The notes below the pieces were generated by a model. It was not told where the DNA came from. It searched no databases and was given only the letters and a program-made list of their open reading frames with translations. A stretch of DNA of 32,000 bases from Candidatus Baldrarchaeota archaeon (lineage in GTDB: Archaea > Asgardarchaeota > Baldrarchaeia > Baldrarchaeales > DXJG01), in assembly GCA_019056805.1 (NCBI GenBank), contig DXJG01000002.1, forward strand, positions 106,907-138,906. The letters run 5' to 3'. The translations under genes and the position numbers were made by a program. Positions 1-8,596 of the stretch are shown piece after piece (positions within the stretch are counted from its first letter, which is position 1; each line of letters starts with the position of its first letter).

Positions 1-661
1 GATGCTTCAAAGGCAACTCAACCATCTCTCTAATCCTCTGTATTTCCTCATGAAGCCCGCCGATATCTTCATAAGTAATTGCGGGCACGCCTTTGGGCAG
101 TTCTCTTACCTCTGGTATAACTTCAACTATGGTTTTTCTTTGAATTTGAACTATACCAGTAGGTTGAGTTGAAATAACTATAAATCTCATTTCACTAAGG
201 CTGAAGGGCACTGTACCAAAAAAACCGCCGAAGAAATCATCAAAAGGAGTATGCCTAACCGGGCTAGCGGTACTTATTATATCTCCTCTTTTAACTGGCC
301 TACCTAAAAGGTTTCTCTTAAGTATTTCTCCAGAAGTCATTATCCTAACTCCTTTATCAGCAGGAGCCAATATAACTCTTTTTGCCGGACTATATGCCGC
401 CTTTCTAACTTTAACGTATTCTCCTATGCTTGTCCCGGCATTTGCCCGAATCAAACCATCCATCCTTATGATTCTTCTTCCTCTATCTGTGGAATATCCC
501 CTTAGGGCCATAGCTCCTGTTGTTTTCTTTCCTTCTATTTCTACTATATCTCCAGATGATAAACCAAGTTGATCCATTACCTCCGGATCTATGCGGACAA
601 TTCCTCTTCCTACGTCGTTCTGCAGAGCCTCTGCGACTCTTAACTGTATTTCTATACCCAT
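1..661 (-). CDS. cdc48: CDC48/VAT family AAA+ ATPase (N-domain and start of D1; runs off window edge)
   Basis: Not in the ORF track. Manual translation from ATG at 661 (GGAGG upstream) gives MGIEIQLRVAEALQNDVGRGIVRIDPEVMDQLGLSSGDIVEIEGKK...IIRMDGLIRANAGTSIGEYVKVRKA...ITYEDIGGLHEEIQRIREMVELPLKH, open to base 1. The track's 483..677 ORF is an off-frame shadow. Confidence 0.97.
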   Translation of the reverse strand, partial: MGIEIQLRVAEALQNDVGRGIVRIDPEVMDQLGLSSGDIVEIEGKKTTGAMALRGYSTDRGRRIIRMDGLIRANAGTSIGEYVKVRKAAYSPAKRVILAPADKGVRIMTSGEILKRNLLGRPVKRGDIISTASPVRHTPFDDFFGGFFGTVPFSLSEMRFIVISTQPTGIVQIQRKTIVEVIPEVRELPKGVPAITYEDIGGLHEEIQRIREMVELPLKH

Positions 662-1056
662 TTAATGTATCCTCCAATTTTAGATAATCTAGAGAGAGTT
701 ATTATATGTTTTGATCTTTCGATTATAGATATTTTTCATGTGCTTTTCTTGACTTAAGGATTTACATTTTCTTAATATTTTTATTCTTTTTCTTTCTTTA
801 TGATTTTCGGCTAATTTTTGTTATCGTTAAGAATGTTCTCATGAAAACTTCATTGTCTAATTTTATGTTACACCCCATTGAGAATAAAAAGAAAGGCACT
901 ATAAAAATACCGCAATCTATGTACTTTAGTTGTAATGCAAAAATTCCAAATATAAGGACGGTAAAAGGCATCAGCAAATAAAGGTTTAGCACAAGAAATC
1001 ATGCATATTTTAACAATACCACCAAAGAAATTATTAGTAATGTGAATTTTTTACAC

Positions 1057-1121
1057 GGCTCAGCCGTCGCAGGCTCACCCCTAGCCAGTTCGGCTTGGGT
1101 TAGCGATCCTACATCATCGCC
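1057..1121 (-). ncRNA. Candidate box C/D guide sRNA
   Basis: GC-rich 65-nt patch in AT-rich intergenic DNA. Minus strand reads GGC-G-AUGAUGU(C box)-12 nt-CCAA(D'?)-GCC-GAACU-GGC hairpin-degenerate C'-guide-CUGA(D box)-GCC. Terminal GGC/GCC stem plus 3-nt bulge gives K-turn geometry. Confidence 0.7.
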
Positions 1122-1212
1122 AAAATATAATTAAGTTATATCACACTAATTAAAGTTTGACGCGTAAAGATAACTATTCGTAATTATGCGGCAACGAGCT
1201 GGGGAGTACAAT

Positions 1213-1644
1213 ATGTCTGAAATTAAAAATAAAATTTTAAGAATGTTAAGTGAACCATGTACGGTTACAGAACTTGCAAAAAAGGCCGGAATAAGTACCA
1301 AGAACGCTGCAAAACTACTAAAAGAACTTATTAATGAACGAAAAGATATTTTGAACAAGAAAATTGGTCGATCCACTATTTTTTGGCTTTCTTTGCCCAC
1401 TATACCCGAAGAAATAAAGACTTTAAAAGAAAAGATAAGAAAACTAGAAGAGGAAAATAAAAAGCTTAAAGAAAAACTACTAAAACCTGATGAAATCGAT
1501 AAATTATGGTTAAAACTCGAAAAGTGGAAAAATTATGCTTTTAAACTTGCCGATTTTATAGCTTTTCAAAAAGGAACAACAGTTAATGAGATTTTAAAAG
1601 AAACCGGAGCACCTCTGGAAGAAGAGGATAATTTCGACTTCTAA
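1213..1644 (+). CDS. Winged-HTH + coiled-coil protein with Swi5/Hop2/Mnd1-like C-terminus
   Basis: ATG at 1213 follows GGGGAG (track start 1186). N-terminal wHTH (TVTELAKKAGIS...KKIGRSTIFWL), heptad coiled coil, then KWKNYAFKLADFIAFQKGTTVNEILKETG. Confidence 0.8.
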   Translation: MSEIKNKILRMLSEPCTVTELAKKAGISTKNAAKLLKELINERKDILNKKIGRSTIFWLSLPTIPEEIKTLKEKIRKLEEENKKLKEKLLKPDEIDKLWLKLEKWKNYAFKLADFIAFQKGTTVNEILKETGAPLEEEDNFDF

Positions 1645-1724
1645 TGTTACTTTACAAATTTCAACGGTTGGTTTATTTATACAATAATGGCTCTTATTGT
1701 CATGAGAGTAAGGTGTGAATATGA

Positions 1725-2294
1725 ATGCACATTATAATATGTCCAAATTGCGGAGCTCAAATCAAAAAGGAAACTTCATCCTGCCCATTCTGCGGCGTAA
1801 AGATTAGTGAAATTACGACTGAAGAAGAATCGAGTCATAATTATAACGTAGAAGAAAGCGAAAAAACTACACTAAATAATACAGTTCAAGATACGATTCC
1901 AAAAAATTTAGATAAGAAAGTTCCTGAGGAGAAACCTTCAACAATTAGAGATATTCTTTTTAGCTTCGTAAAGAACAATAAACATATTAAGGCTTGTATA
2001 CTGGCAAAACACAGTGGCAGCGTTGTAGACTTCGTATCTGACAGCAATATTACCGCTGAGAAACTAGGTACCGCTAGTTATGCTTTAATATTAGTTGGTT
2101 CCAAAGTTCTTCAAAAAATAAGTAATGATGTTTTCAATTATTTAATTTTATCAGGAGAAAATGACGTTATCGTGTTAAAAGGGTTAAATTCTAATCTTCT
2201 TTTAACTGTGCACGCAGAAAAAGAAGTAAACATAGGATTAATATTGCTTGGACTAGAACAGTTGGCTAAAAAGTTATTAAACTTCATCAGATAA
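1725..2294 (+). CDS. Zinc-ribbon (CxxC-x11-CxxC) fused to roadblock/LC7 (MglB-like) domain
   Basis: CPNCG...CPFCG at N-terminus, low-complexity T/E/S linker, roadblock pattern IKACILAKHSGSVV...ILSGENDVIVLKGLNSNLLLTVHAEKEVNIGLILL. Confidence 0.85.
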   Translation: MHIIICPNCGAQIKKETSSCPFCGVKISEITTEEESSHNYNVEESEKTTLNNTVQDTIPKNLDKKVPEEKPSTIRDILFSFVKNNKHIKACILAKHSGSVVDFVSDSNITAEKLGTASYALILVGSKVLQKISNDVFNYLILSGENDVIVLKGLNSNLLLTVHAEKEVNIGLILLGLEQLAKKLLNFIR

Positions 2295-2593
2295 ATGTTT
2301 CATTTTTAAACGAGAAATATTACGTAAATATTTTTCAAGTTCTTATCACCGACCGTATTTGCATAAAATTAGATTTATAAGTTAATTTCGTATATTTTCC
2401 TACATTATTACTAGTTGATAACAATACTTAGGTTCTAGCGTATTCAACACGAGAAAGACAAATCTGTCCGCTATAATTATGTAAACATCTTTACCAAAAG
2501 GGTGACCAGAAATCTTTTAGCCTACATGAGAATTATATCTCTTAAAAAGAGTAGGACTATTAATTGAAGTGTTTTCCCTTTGGAGGAAACGAT

Positions 2594-2824
2594 ATGGAAG
2601 TATCTGGAGAAGCCCTAGAAATACTTAGAGCTCTAAAGAAACGACCACTAACTAAACGAAGAATAAGATACATGTTCCCCGGTTCAGATCCCATATTAGA
2701 ACGATTGAAAAGAATAGGGGCAATAAAGGAAATTACGATTGGTGGGATGTTCAGCAGCGAAATCATAAAAATAAAAATAACAAGAATAGGCATATCTCTT
2801 CTCAAAAAATATGGATTTAGCTAA
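2594..2824 (+). CDS. Small winged-helix-like hypothetical protein
   Basis: ATG at 2594 after GGAGG. Helix-helix-wing pattern ending KITRIGISLLKK, typical of archaeal wHTH C-termini. Confidence 0.6.
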   Translation: MEVSGEALEILRALKKRPLTKRRIRYMFPGSDPILERLKRIGAIKEITIGGMFSSEIIKIKITRIGISLLKKYGFS

Positions 2825-2977
2825 CTTTAAGTTCAACATCGAATCGAGTCATATTATTAGCCCTATAATTTTAATAAATCCATAAAGTTATATGTTAAAT
2901 GTTAGGAAGATATTCAGATTTAAAATTGCTAAATAAAGACCATTAAAACATGTTGCTACCTATTGGAGGCATTAAGT

Positions 2978-3751
2978 TTGGGAAAAGTGGAAAACTATCT
3001 AAAAAACAAGATATCAACTTATGGTGCGATACATTTAAGCCTTATCGATCCCTTTGAACAGCGACCTGAAGACGCCACAAAAATAGCGTATGCTGCATAT
3101 GAAGGAGGAACTGATGCTATTCTTGTCGGCGGATCAGTTGGAGCTCAAGGAGAAATACTCGACCTAACGGTTAAAATGATAAAGGAAGCAGTAGATCTAC
3201 CAGTGATACTATTTCCAGGAAATGTTGGAACAATATCCCAATATGCCGATGCAATATATTTTATGACCATGATGAATTCTAGAGATCCATATTTCATCAT
3301 GAAAGCACAAATTTTAGGCTCATTACTAGTTAAACGATTCAACCTAGAACCAATCCCTGTAGCATACATAATACTAGAGCCTGGTGGCGCTGCGGGTTGG
3401 GTTGGAGATGCAAACCTCGTACCCAGAGACGATCCAGAAATAGCTATGGCATGTGCATTAGCTGGCGAATATCTTGGCGCTCATTTCATAATCACAGATT
3501 CAGGATCAGGCGCTCCAACACCCGCTCCACCTTCGTTGATTAAAGCTGTGAAGTCAATACTATCAATACCATACATATACGCTGGTGGTGTCAGAACAGC
3601 AGAACAGGCCGAGCAAATAGTTCTTGCGGGAGCAGATGGAATTCAGGTTGGAACAGCAATAGAACACATAGAAGATGTTGAAAAGATAAGGGAAAAAGTA
3701 GAAAAAATGGTAAAAGCGATGCGAAAAGCAGGTAGAGAGAAGATAAAATAA
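2978..3751 (+). CDS. Geranylgeranylglyceryl phosphate synthase (group II)
   Basis: TTG start after GGAGG gives MGKVENYL. Motifs LIDP, GTDAILVGGS, LFPGN, MNSRDPYFI, GGAAGWVG, GSG, GGVR (PcrB/GGGPS family). Confidence 0.95.
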   Translation: MGKVENYLKNKISTYGAIHLSLIDPFEQRPEDATKIAYAAYEGGTDAILVGGSVGAQGEILDLTVKMIKEAVDLPVILFPGNVGTISQYADAIYFMTMMNSRDPYFIMKAQILGSLLVKRFNLEPIPVAYIILEPGGAAGWVGDANLVPRDDPEIAMACALAGEYLGAHFIITDSGSGAPTPAPPSLIKAVKSILSIPYIYAGGVRTAEQAEQIVLAGADGIQVGTAIEHIEDVEKIREKVEKMVKAMRKAGREKIK

Positions 3752-3780
3752 TTTCAAAACTGATTTGGAGGATAAATATT

Positions 3781-4179
3781 ATGAGTGAAGAAATAAAGAC
3801 TTTTTTACAAGAAGCTGAAAAATTACTTAAGGAAGGAGACTATGGAAGAGCCGCTTACCAAGAAATGTTAGCTGCTAAGGCAGCAGCAAAGACAGGAGAC
3901 TTTGAAAAAGCAGCTGAACTTTATGAAAAAGCCGGAGAACATTTCCTAAAAGATCGTGACTACGATTTTTCTTCCAAAAACCTTAGAAATTCCGCTAGGC
4001 TATTTATGAAAATCGGTAATTTTGAAAAAGCAAAGGATCTCTTTCTAAAGGCAGCTGAATACTTTAAATTATTAAGAGATGACAATAATTACAAACAATG
4101 TATCCTCGATGCTGCCAAGTGTTTCGAGAAATTGGGACAGGTAGAAGAAGCCAAGAAGCTAAGAAAAGAGTTTACTTAA
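3781..4179 (+). CDS. TPR protein of alpha-SNAP-like repeat type
   Basis: GGAGG SD. Repeats AAELYEKAGEHF, AKDLFLKAAEYF, ILDAAKCFEKLG. Confidence 0.75.
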   Translation: MSEEIKTFLQEAEKLLKEGDYGRAAYQEMLAAKAAAKTGDFEKAAELYEKAGEHFLKDRDYDFSSKNLRNSARLFMKIGNFEKAKDLFLKAAEYFKLLRDDNNYKQCILDAAKCFEKLGQVEEAKKLRKEFT

Positions 4180-4180
4180 T

Positions 4181-4939
4181 TCAAAGGTACTCAGTAATCT
4201 TTCTCTCCTCAGTTTTTCTCAAGGATTCCATGCATGCTTTTATATTAATTTTTTTGAACTCTAAACCCAGAGATATCAACAATATATGAGCATCCTTTGT
4301 TATCGAAGGAGCAGCAAGTATTCCTCTTACCACTCTTCTACTTCTTTTTTTAATATCATTTACATATTTAGCTAACTGTGTTACAGCAGTTTTATCCGCC
4401 TTTTTTCTCTTCAATTCCACTATTACCAAATTATCGTTTTTATCGAGACCACAGATATCGATAAATCCTGGCTCCACTTCCTTTTCTATTGAAATAGGCT
4501 TAAATCCCTCCTCTAACATCTCAGGATTTGCTAAGATTGCTCTTCTTATATCCTCCTCCGTAGCATATAGCGCAAACTCTCCTGGATCTCTCAAATCAAG
4601 ACAAGCAACAAGTGTTATCTCAGAAAAAAATATTTTCATATATTCTTTATGTTTCTGATCAATGGCTTCTATTTTTAACCTATCCTCTTCAAGTTTTGCG
4701 TAAAATATGCACCCAGATCGCTGATAGTTAACTGGAGCATAACCCGTGGGTCTATGAACCAGTACTGCACCGTCCCTTTTTATTATTAAGATCCGGTCAC
4801 CTAAACTAAGAGTTGATCTCGCCCTCCCCTTATACTGAACTGTACATTTTCCTACCAAAATGAGGACTTTTTTCTGATTTAATGCGTCATGAACAACTGA
4901 TATAGCTTCTTTAAGGGTAGGAGTAGTTATTATCCTCAT
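4181..4939 (-). CDS. nucS: Mismatch-specific endonuclease NucS/EndoMS
   Basis: CTVQYKGRARSTL, IIKRDGAVLVH, PVNYQ, IDICGLD..LVIVELKR, QLAKY, RGILAAP. Confidence 0.96.
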   Translation of the reverse strand: MRIITTPTLKEAISVVHDALNQKKVLILVGKCTVQYKGRARSTLSLGDRILIIKRDGAVLVHRPTGYAPVNYQRSGCIFYAKLEEDRLKIEAIDQKHKEYMKIFFSEITLVACLDLRDPGEFALYATEEDIRRAILANPEMLEEGFKPISIEKEVEPGFIDICGLDKNDNLVIVELKRKKADKTAVTQLAKYVNDIKKRSRRVVRGILAAPSITKDAHILLISLGLEFKKINIKACMESLRKTEERKITEYL

Positions 4940-4970
4940 TTCCCTCTTCCCAGCGATTAAATCCTATGAG

Positions 4971-5010
4971 GAAGTAACAGAGTTTACTTCATGAGAAAAT
5001 TTAAATTTTT
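4971..5010. promoter_or_regulatory. Palindromic TATA element between nucS and the C/D RNA, plus a GAAGTAA-N6-TTACTTC inverted repeat
   Basis: AAAATTTAAATTTT (4996-5009) reads as a TATA box on both strands, about 26 nt upstream of 5031. Perfect 7-bp inverted repeat at 4971-4977 and 4984-4990. Confidence 0.5.
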
Positions 5011-5030
5011 GATGTTTAAATTTTTTGTAG

Positions 5031-5091
5031 GCAATGAAGAGGGAGGTTTCGCTCGAGACAATCGATGAAGAAAAGGGGCCTTATTCTGAGC
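5031..5091 (+). ncRNA. Dual-guide box C/D sRNA (2'-O-methylation guide)
   Basis: C box AUGAAGA 5034-5040, guide GGGAGGUUUCGC, D' UCGA 5053-5056, C' AUGAAGA 5065-5071, guide AAAGGGGCCUUAUU, D box CUGA 5086-5089, GC/GC terminal pairs, TATA at 5000-5005. Confidence 0.85.
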
Positions 5092-5231
5092 AAAATTCAA
5101 ACTAATTTTCAATACCCATTTTCCACACTGATTTTAACAAACACCAAAATAAATTGAATAAAAAATATATCATATCTATAAATCGTCTTCCCGCGAATTC
5201 TTGCCATATATTGGGATATTGTTTGCTTGAA

Positions 5232-6860
5232 TTACTCGCCACGTGATAGCGACATTATTTCTTTGTATCGATCGCTTCCAAGAACTTTTATAGCGTCTTC
5301 TCCCATAACCGATACCAAAAGTAGCTCTGTTAAATCGATGTTTGTAACTGAATAGTTGTTGGTTCTTACTGCATCTTCAAAGTTAAAGTAACAGAATGGA
5401 CAAGTTTGAACTATTACCTTTGCACCTTTTGGTACGTCGTTTTCCACTCTATAAGCAGCAATATCTCTTGCAATATCTCTGTAGCCAGATCTTACACCGC
5501 CACCTGCTCCACAGCATCTTGAATTTTCCTTGTATCTTTCATTTAACATTTCTTTGAACTTTAACCCAATGGTTCTAATGATTTTTCTTGGTTCTTCAAA
5601 AACACCAACATGTCTTCCTAAGTGACATGGATCATGATATGTCGCTGAAATGTTCAATTTTGTAGTTAGTGTTAGTTTTCCTTCATCTATATGTTGTGCA
5701 AATAGTTCTGATGAGTGGTATATTGGTACCCCAAGATCAATGCCGAGTTTTTCTAGGTAATCTATTTTAAATGTTCTAAAACAACCAGCACAGGATGTCA
5801 CTATTGCATCAAAATCGTAGTTCTTCACTATATTCTTCATGTAGAGTGCAAATTCCTTAACTAATTCCATGTCACCGAGTCTAACAAACACGGAACCGCA
5901 ATCTCTTTCGTAAGGGCCTAAAACTGTAAAGTTTTCTCCTGCCAATTTTAAAAGTGTTGCAGTAGCTCTAGCAACTCTTTGTTCACGCCAACTCGCCATG
6001 CAGCCAACAAAATACAAGAGTTTTGCTCCTCTTTTCGCTACCGGTATATCAAGGTCTTTTGCCCAATCAGCCCTTGTATTATTATCCTCAGCAAGGGGGT
6101 TATAGAACCTTCTGACATTTTCCACAATTTTTCTATGCTCATTTCTGACCAGATTTCGCTTATTATAAGCAAGATATCTCATCTTTCCAACAGCTTTTTC
6201 AGGAATGTCTATTTCCTTGGGACAAATTTCTTTACAATTTGCACATTGTGTGCAAGCATATAGACCTTCGAGAAAAGCCGTTAGAAGATGGTCAAAAGCG
6301 TTACGTTTGTCGAAGGAAAGTTTTGCTAAATGAGTCATGACTATAGGACCACCATAGATGTCCCAAGCATTCTGAACCACTGGACACATCGCAACACAGC
6401 TCCAACATTCAATACACTCACGCATCGGCTTAATGTCTTCTATTTCGTATTGATAAATGATTTCAGGATGTTGAGAGACAGATTCACGGTGAAGATATGG
6501 TCTTATCTTTAATAGCTTCTTGTAGCCCTTTTCCACGTCTACCACTAGGTCTCTTATAACTGGAAATATTGGAAGTGGCTCTATTATCAGTTCTTTTGTT
6601 TCAGGATCTACCGATGTTTGACATGCTAAACCTGCTTTTCCATTTATCATAATCGAGCAACTTCCACATTGCCCAGCTCTGCATTCCCATCTGTATGCTA
6701 AACTTCCATCATAGTTATCATGTATATAGTTTAGAACGTCCAATACGCGCATTCCTTCTATGTAAGGTACTTCGTATTCTTCATAATGGGGTTCTGCGTC
6801 TTTTAATGGATTAAATCTAAACACCTTAACTTTTAGTTTTGTTTCCTTGTTCATTTTCAT
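5232..6860 (-). CDS. tfrB: Fumarate reductase Fe-S subunit fused to HdrD-type CCG domains (TfrB-like)
   Basis: SdhB/FrdB 2Fe-2S motif CRAGQCGSC, two 4Fe-4S motifs (CIECWSCVAMC, CTQCANCKEIC), two CCG-domain repeats (YFVGC..DCG..TSCAGC; YHDPCH..CCGAGGG..TCPFC). Confidence 0.88.
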   Translation of the reverse strand: MKMNKETKLKVKVFRFNPLKDAEPHYEEYEVPYIEGMRVLDVLNYIHDNYDGSLAYRWECRAGQCGSCSIMINGKAGLACQTSVDPETKELIIEPLPIFPVIRDLVVDVEKGYKKLLKIRPYLHRESVSQHPEIIYQYEIEDIKPMRECIECWSCVAMCPVVQNAWDIYGGPIVMTHLAKLSFDKRNAFDHLLTAFLEGLYACTQCANCKEICPKEIDIPEKAVGKMRYLAYNKRNLVRNEHRKIVENVRRFYNPLAEDNNTRADWAKDLDIPVAKRGAKLLYFVGCMASWREQRVARATATLLKLAGENFTVLGPYERDCGSVFVRLGDMELVKEFALYMKNIVKNYDFDAIVTSCAGCFRTFKIDYLEKLGIDLGVPIYHSSELFAQHIDEGKLTLTTKLNISATYHDPCHLGRHVGVFEEPRKIIRTIGLKFKEMLNERYKENSRCCGAGGGVRSGYRDIARDIAAYRVENDVPKGAKVIVQTCPFCYFNFEDAVRTNNYSVTNIDLTELLLVSVMGEDAIKVLGSDRYKEIMSLSRGE

Positions 6861-6870
6861 TACCCCACAA

Positions 6871-8574
6871 TTAAGGTGGATTTTGTATCGTTATTTTCAC
6901 TGGTTCAAACCTATATTTTAAAACACCATTTTCCAAACGCCATACTATGTGTTTTAGCCAGTTTTTATTATCTGTTTGCGGATAATCTGTTCTATAATGT
7001 GCTCCACGACTCTCCGTTCTAATTAGCGCACTTCTTACAAGCAGTTCTGATGTTCTTACAAGATTGATTGTTTCAAGGGCTTCTATAAGTTCTTTATTGT
7101 ACCTTAGTGTAGTTGTATCACATATACCTAGTTTAGGTAACTGTTCCTTTTTGACTCTCTCTATGAAAGTTAAAGCTTTGTTTAATTTTTCTTCATCTCT
7201 GAATATTCCTGCATTTTCCCACATAACTTCACTTAACTGTTCCCTAATCTTAACTGGTCTAATTTTATCATCTTTTTCCTTAGCTATCGAGAGTATCCTT
7301 TTTTGCTCTTCTTCCACTTGTTTAAAGTCTATAGGATGAAATGTTTCAGATTTTGCAAACTTAGCAGCGTACTCTCCAGCTCTTTTACCAAAAACTTGAG
7401 TATCTATCAGCGAGTTACCTCCAAGTCTATTAGCTCCATGAACACCCGCTGTCTCTTCTCCACCTGCAAAAAGTCCCTTAACACAAGTTTCCGTTGTTAC
7501 ATTCAATATTCTAACTCCACCCATATAGTAATGTGCTCCAGGTGAAACTTCCATAGGTTCTTTCGTTATATCTACACCAGCTAATAGAAACTGTTTATAC
7601 ATGGTCTTTAGCCTAGTCTTAACCAATTCTGGATCCAAATGAGTCACTGAAAGATAAACTCCTCCGTGTTCAGTTCCTCTACCTTCCATAATTTCAGTCC
7701 AGTTCGCCCTAGCAACGGCATCTCTTCCTGCAAGTTCCATCAATTTGGGATTATAACGTTTCATGAATCTTTCTCCCTTTGCATTAAGTAGTATTCCTCC
7801 TTCGCCTCTAACCGCTTCCGTTACAAGAATACCTCGACAAGATGGAGGCCAAACCATGGTAGTTGGGTGAAATTGAAACATTTCCATGTCCATTACTTCA
7901 GCTCCAGCATCTAGAGCTAGTATTTTTCCATCACCAGTTGCTGAAGCAGGGTTAGTTGTTACTTTGTACATCCGACCTGCGCCACCTGTTGAAAGTACTA
8001 TTGCCTTTGTCTTGAATACCAAAAAATCACCATTTTTCATATCGATTGCTATTGCTCCTATAACTCTTCCATTTGATGTAAGTAGTTTACTAACAAAAAT
8101 TTCTTCAAATACGTTGACACCTAGTTTTCTAGTTTCATCTACGAGAGTGGCTAATACCTCATGTCCAGTGTAATCACTCATATAACATGTTCTTCTATAT
8201 CTAGCTTTTCCGAACGGTCTTTGCGCAATCTTTCCATCTGGTAACCTATCAAAAACAGCACCAAACTCTTCTAGATCGAAAATTCTATCTGGAGCCTCTT
8301 TTACAAGTGTCTCCACTAGGTCTTGGTCATTCAGCCACGCTCCTCCTTCTACTGTGTCTAGGAAATGCCATTTCCAATTATCCTCTGGGTCAACATTTCC
8401 CAAGGCTGCATTTATTCCTCCCTCAGCCATAGTAGTATGTGCTTTACCTAAAAGTTCCTTACTAACTACTACCACATCTAGGTTATATCTCGCAGCTTCT
8501 ATCGCGGCTCTAAGCCCTGTTCCACCAGCTCCAATAATCAATACATCTGTTTCTATTAATTCAAATTTTTCCAA
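6871..8574 (-). CDS. tfrA: Fumarate reductase/succinate dehydrogenase flavoprotein (TfrA-like)
   Basis: GAGGTG FAD motif, AHTTMAEGG, QFHPT, TEAVRGEGG, HYYMGG, HGANRLGGNSL, ESRGAHYR. Confidence 0.93.
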   Translation of the reverse strand: MEKFELIETDVLIIGAGGTGLRAAIEAARYNLDVVVVSKELLGKAHTTMAEGGINAALGNVDPEDNWKWHFLDTVEGGAWLNDQDLVETLVKEAPDRIFDLEEFGAVFDRLPDGKIAQRPFGKARYRRTCYMSDYTGHEVLATLVDETRKLGVNVFEEIFVSKLLTSNGRVIGAIAIDMKNGDFLVFKTKAIVLSTGGAGRMYKVTTNPASATGDGKILALDAGAEVMDMEMFQFHPTTMVWPPSCRGILVTEAVRGEGGILLNAKGERFMKRYNPKLMELAGRDAVARANWTEIMEGRGTEHGGVYLSVTHLDPELVKTRLKTMYKQFLLAGVDITKEPMEVSPGAHYYMGGVRILNVTTETCVKGLFAGGEETAGVHGANRLGGNSLIDTQVFGKRAGEYAAKFAKSETFHPIDFKQVEEEQKRILSIAKEKDDKIRPVKIREQLSEVMWENAGIFRDEEKLNKALTFIERVKKEQLPKLGICDTTTLRYNKELIEALETINLVRTSELLVRSALIRTESRGAHYRTDYPQTDNKNWLKHIVWRLENGVLKYRFEPVKITIQNPP

Positions 8575-8596
8575 GCTTACCCCACCTAGTTTTAAA

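Noticed and set aside
483-677. 64-aa ORF in track
   Set aside because: Off-frame shadow of cdc48, whose ATG is at 661.
678-692. TAGAT-A-ATCTA palindrome upstream of cdc48 (possible heat-shock operator)
   Set aside because: Only 5-bp arms in AT-rich DNA; no match to a motif I can name.
798-992. 64-aa hydrophobic minus-strand ORF
   Set aside because: GTG start without SD in AT-rich DNA, no recognisable motif; could be real but is unsupported.
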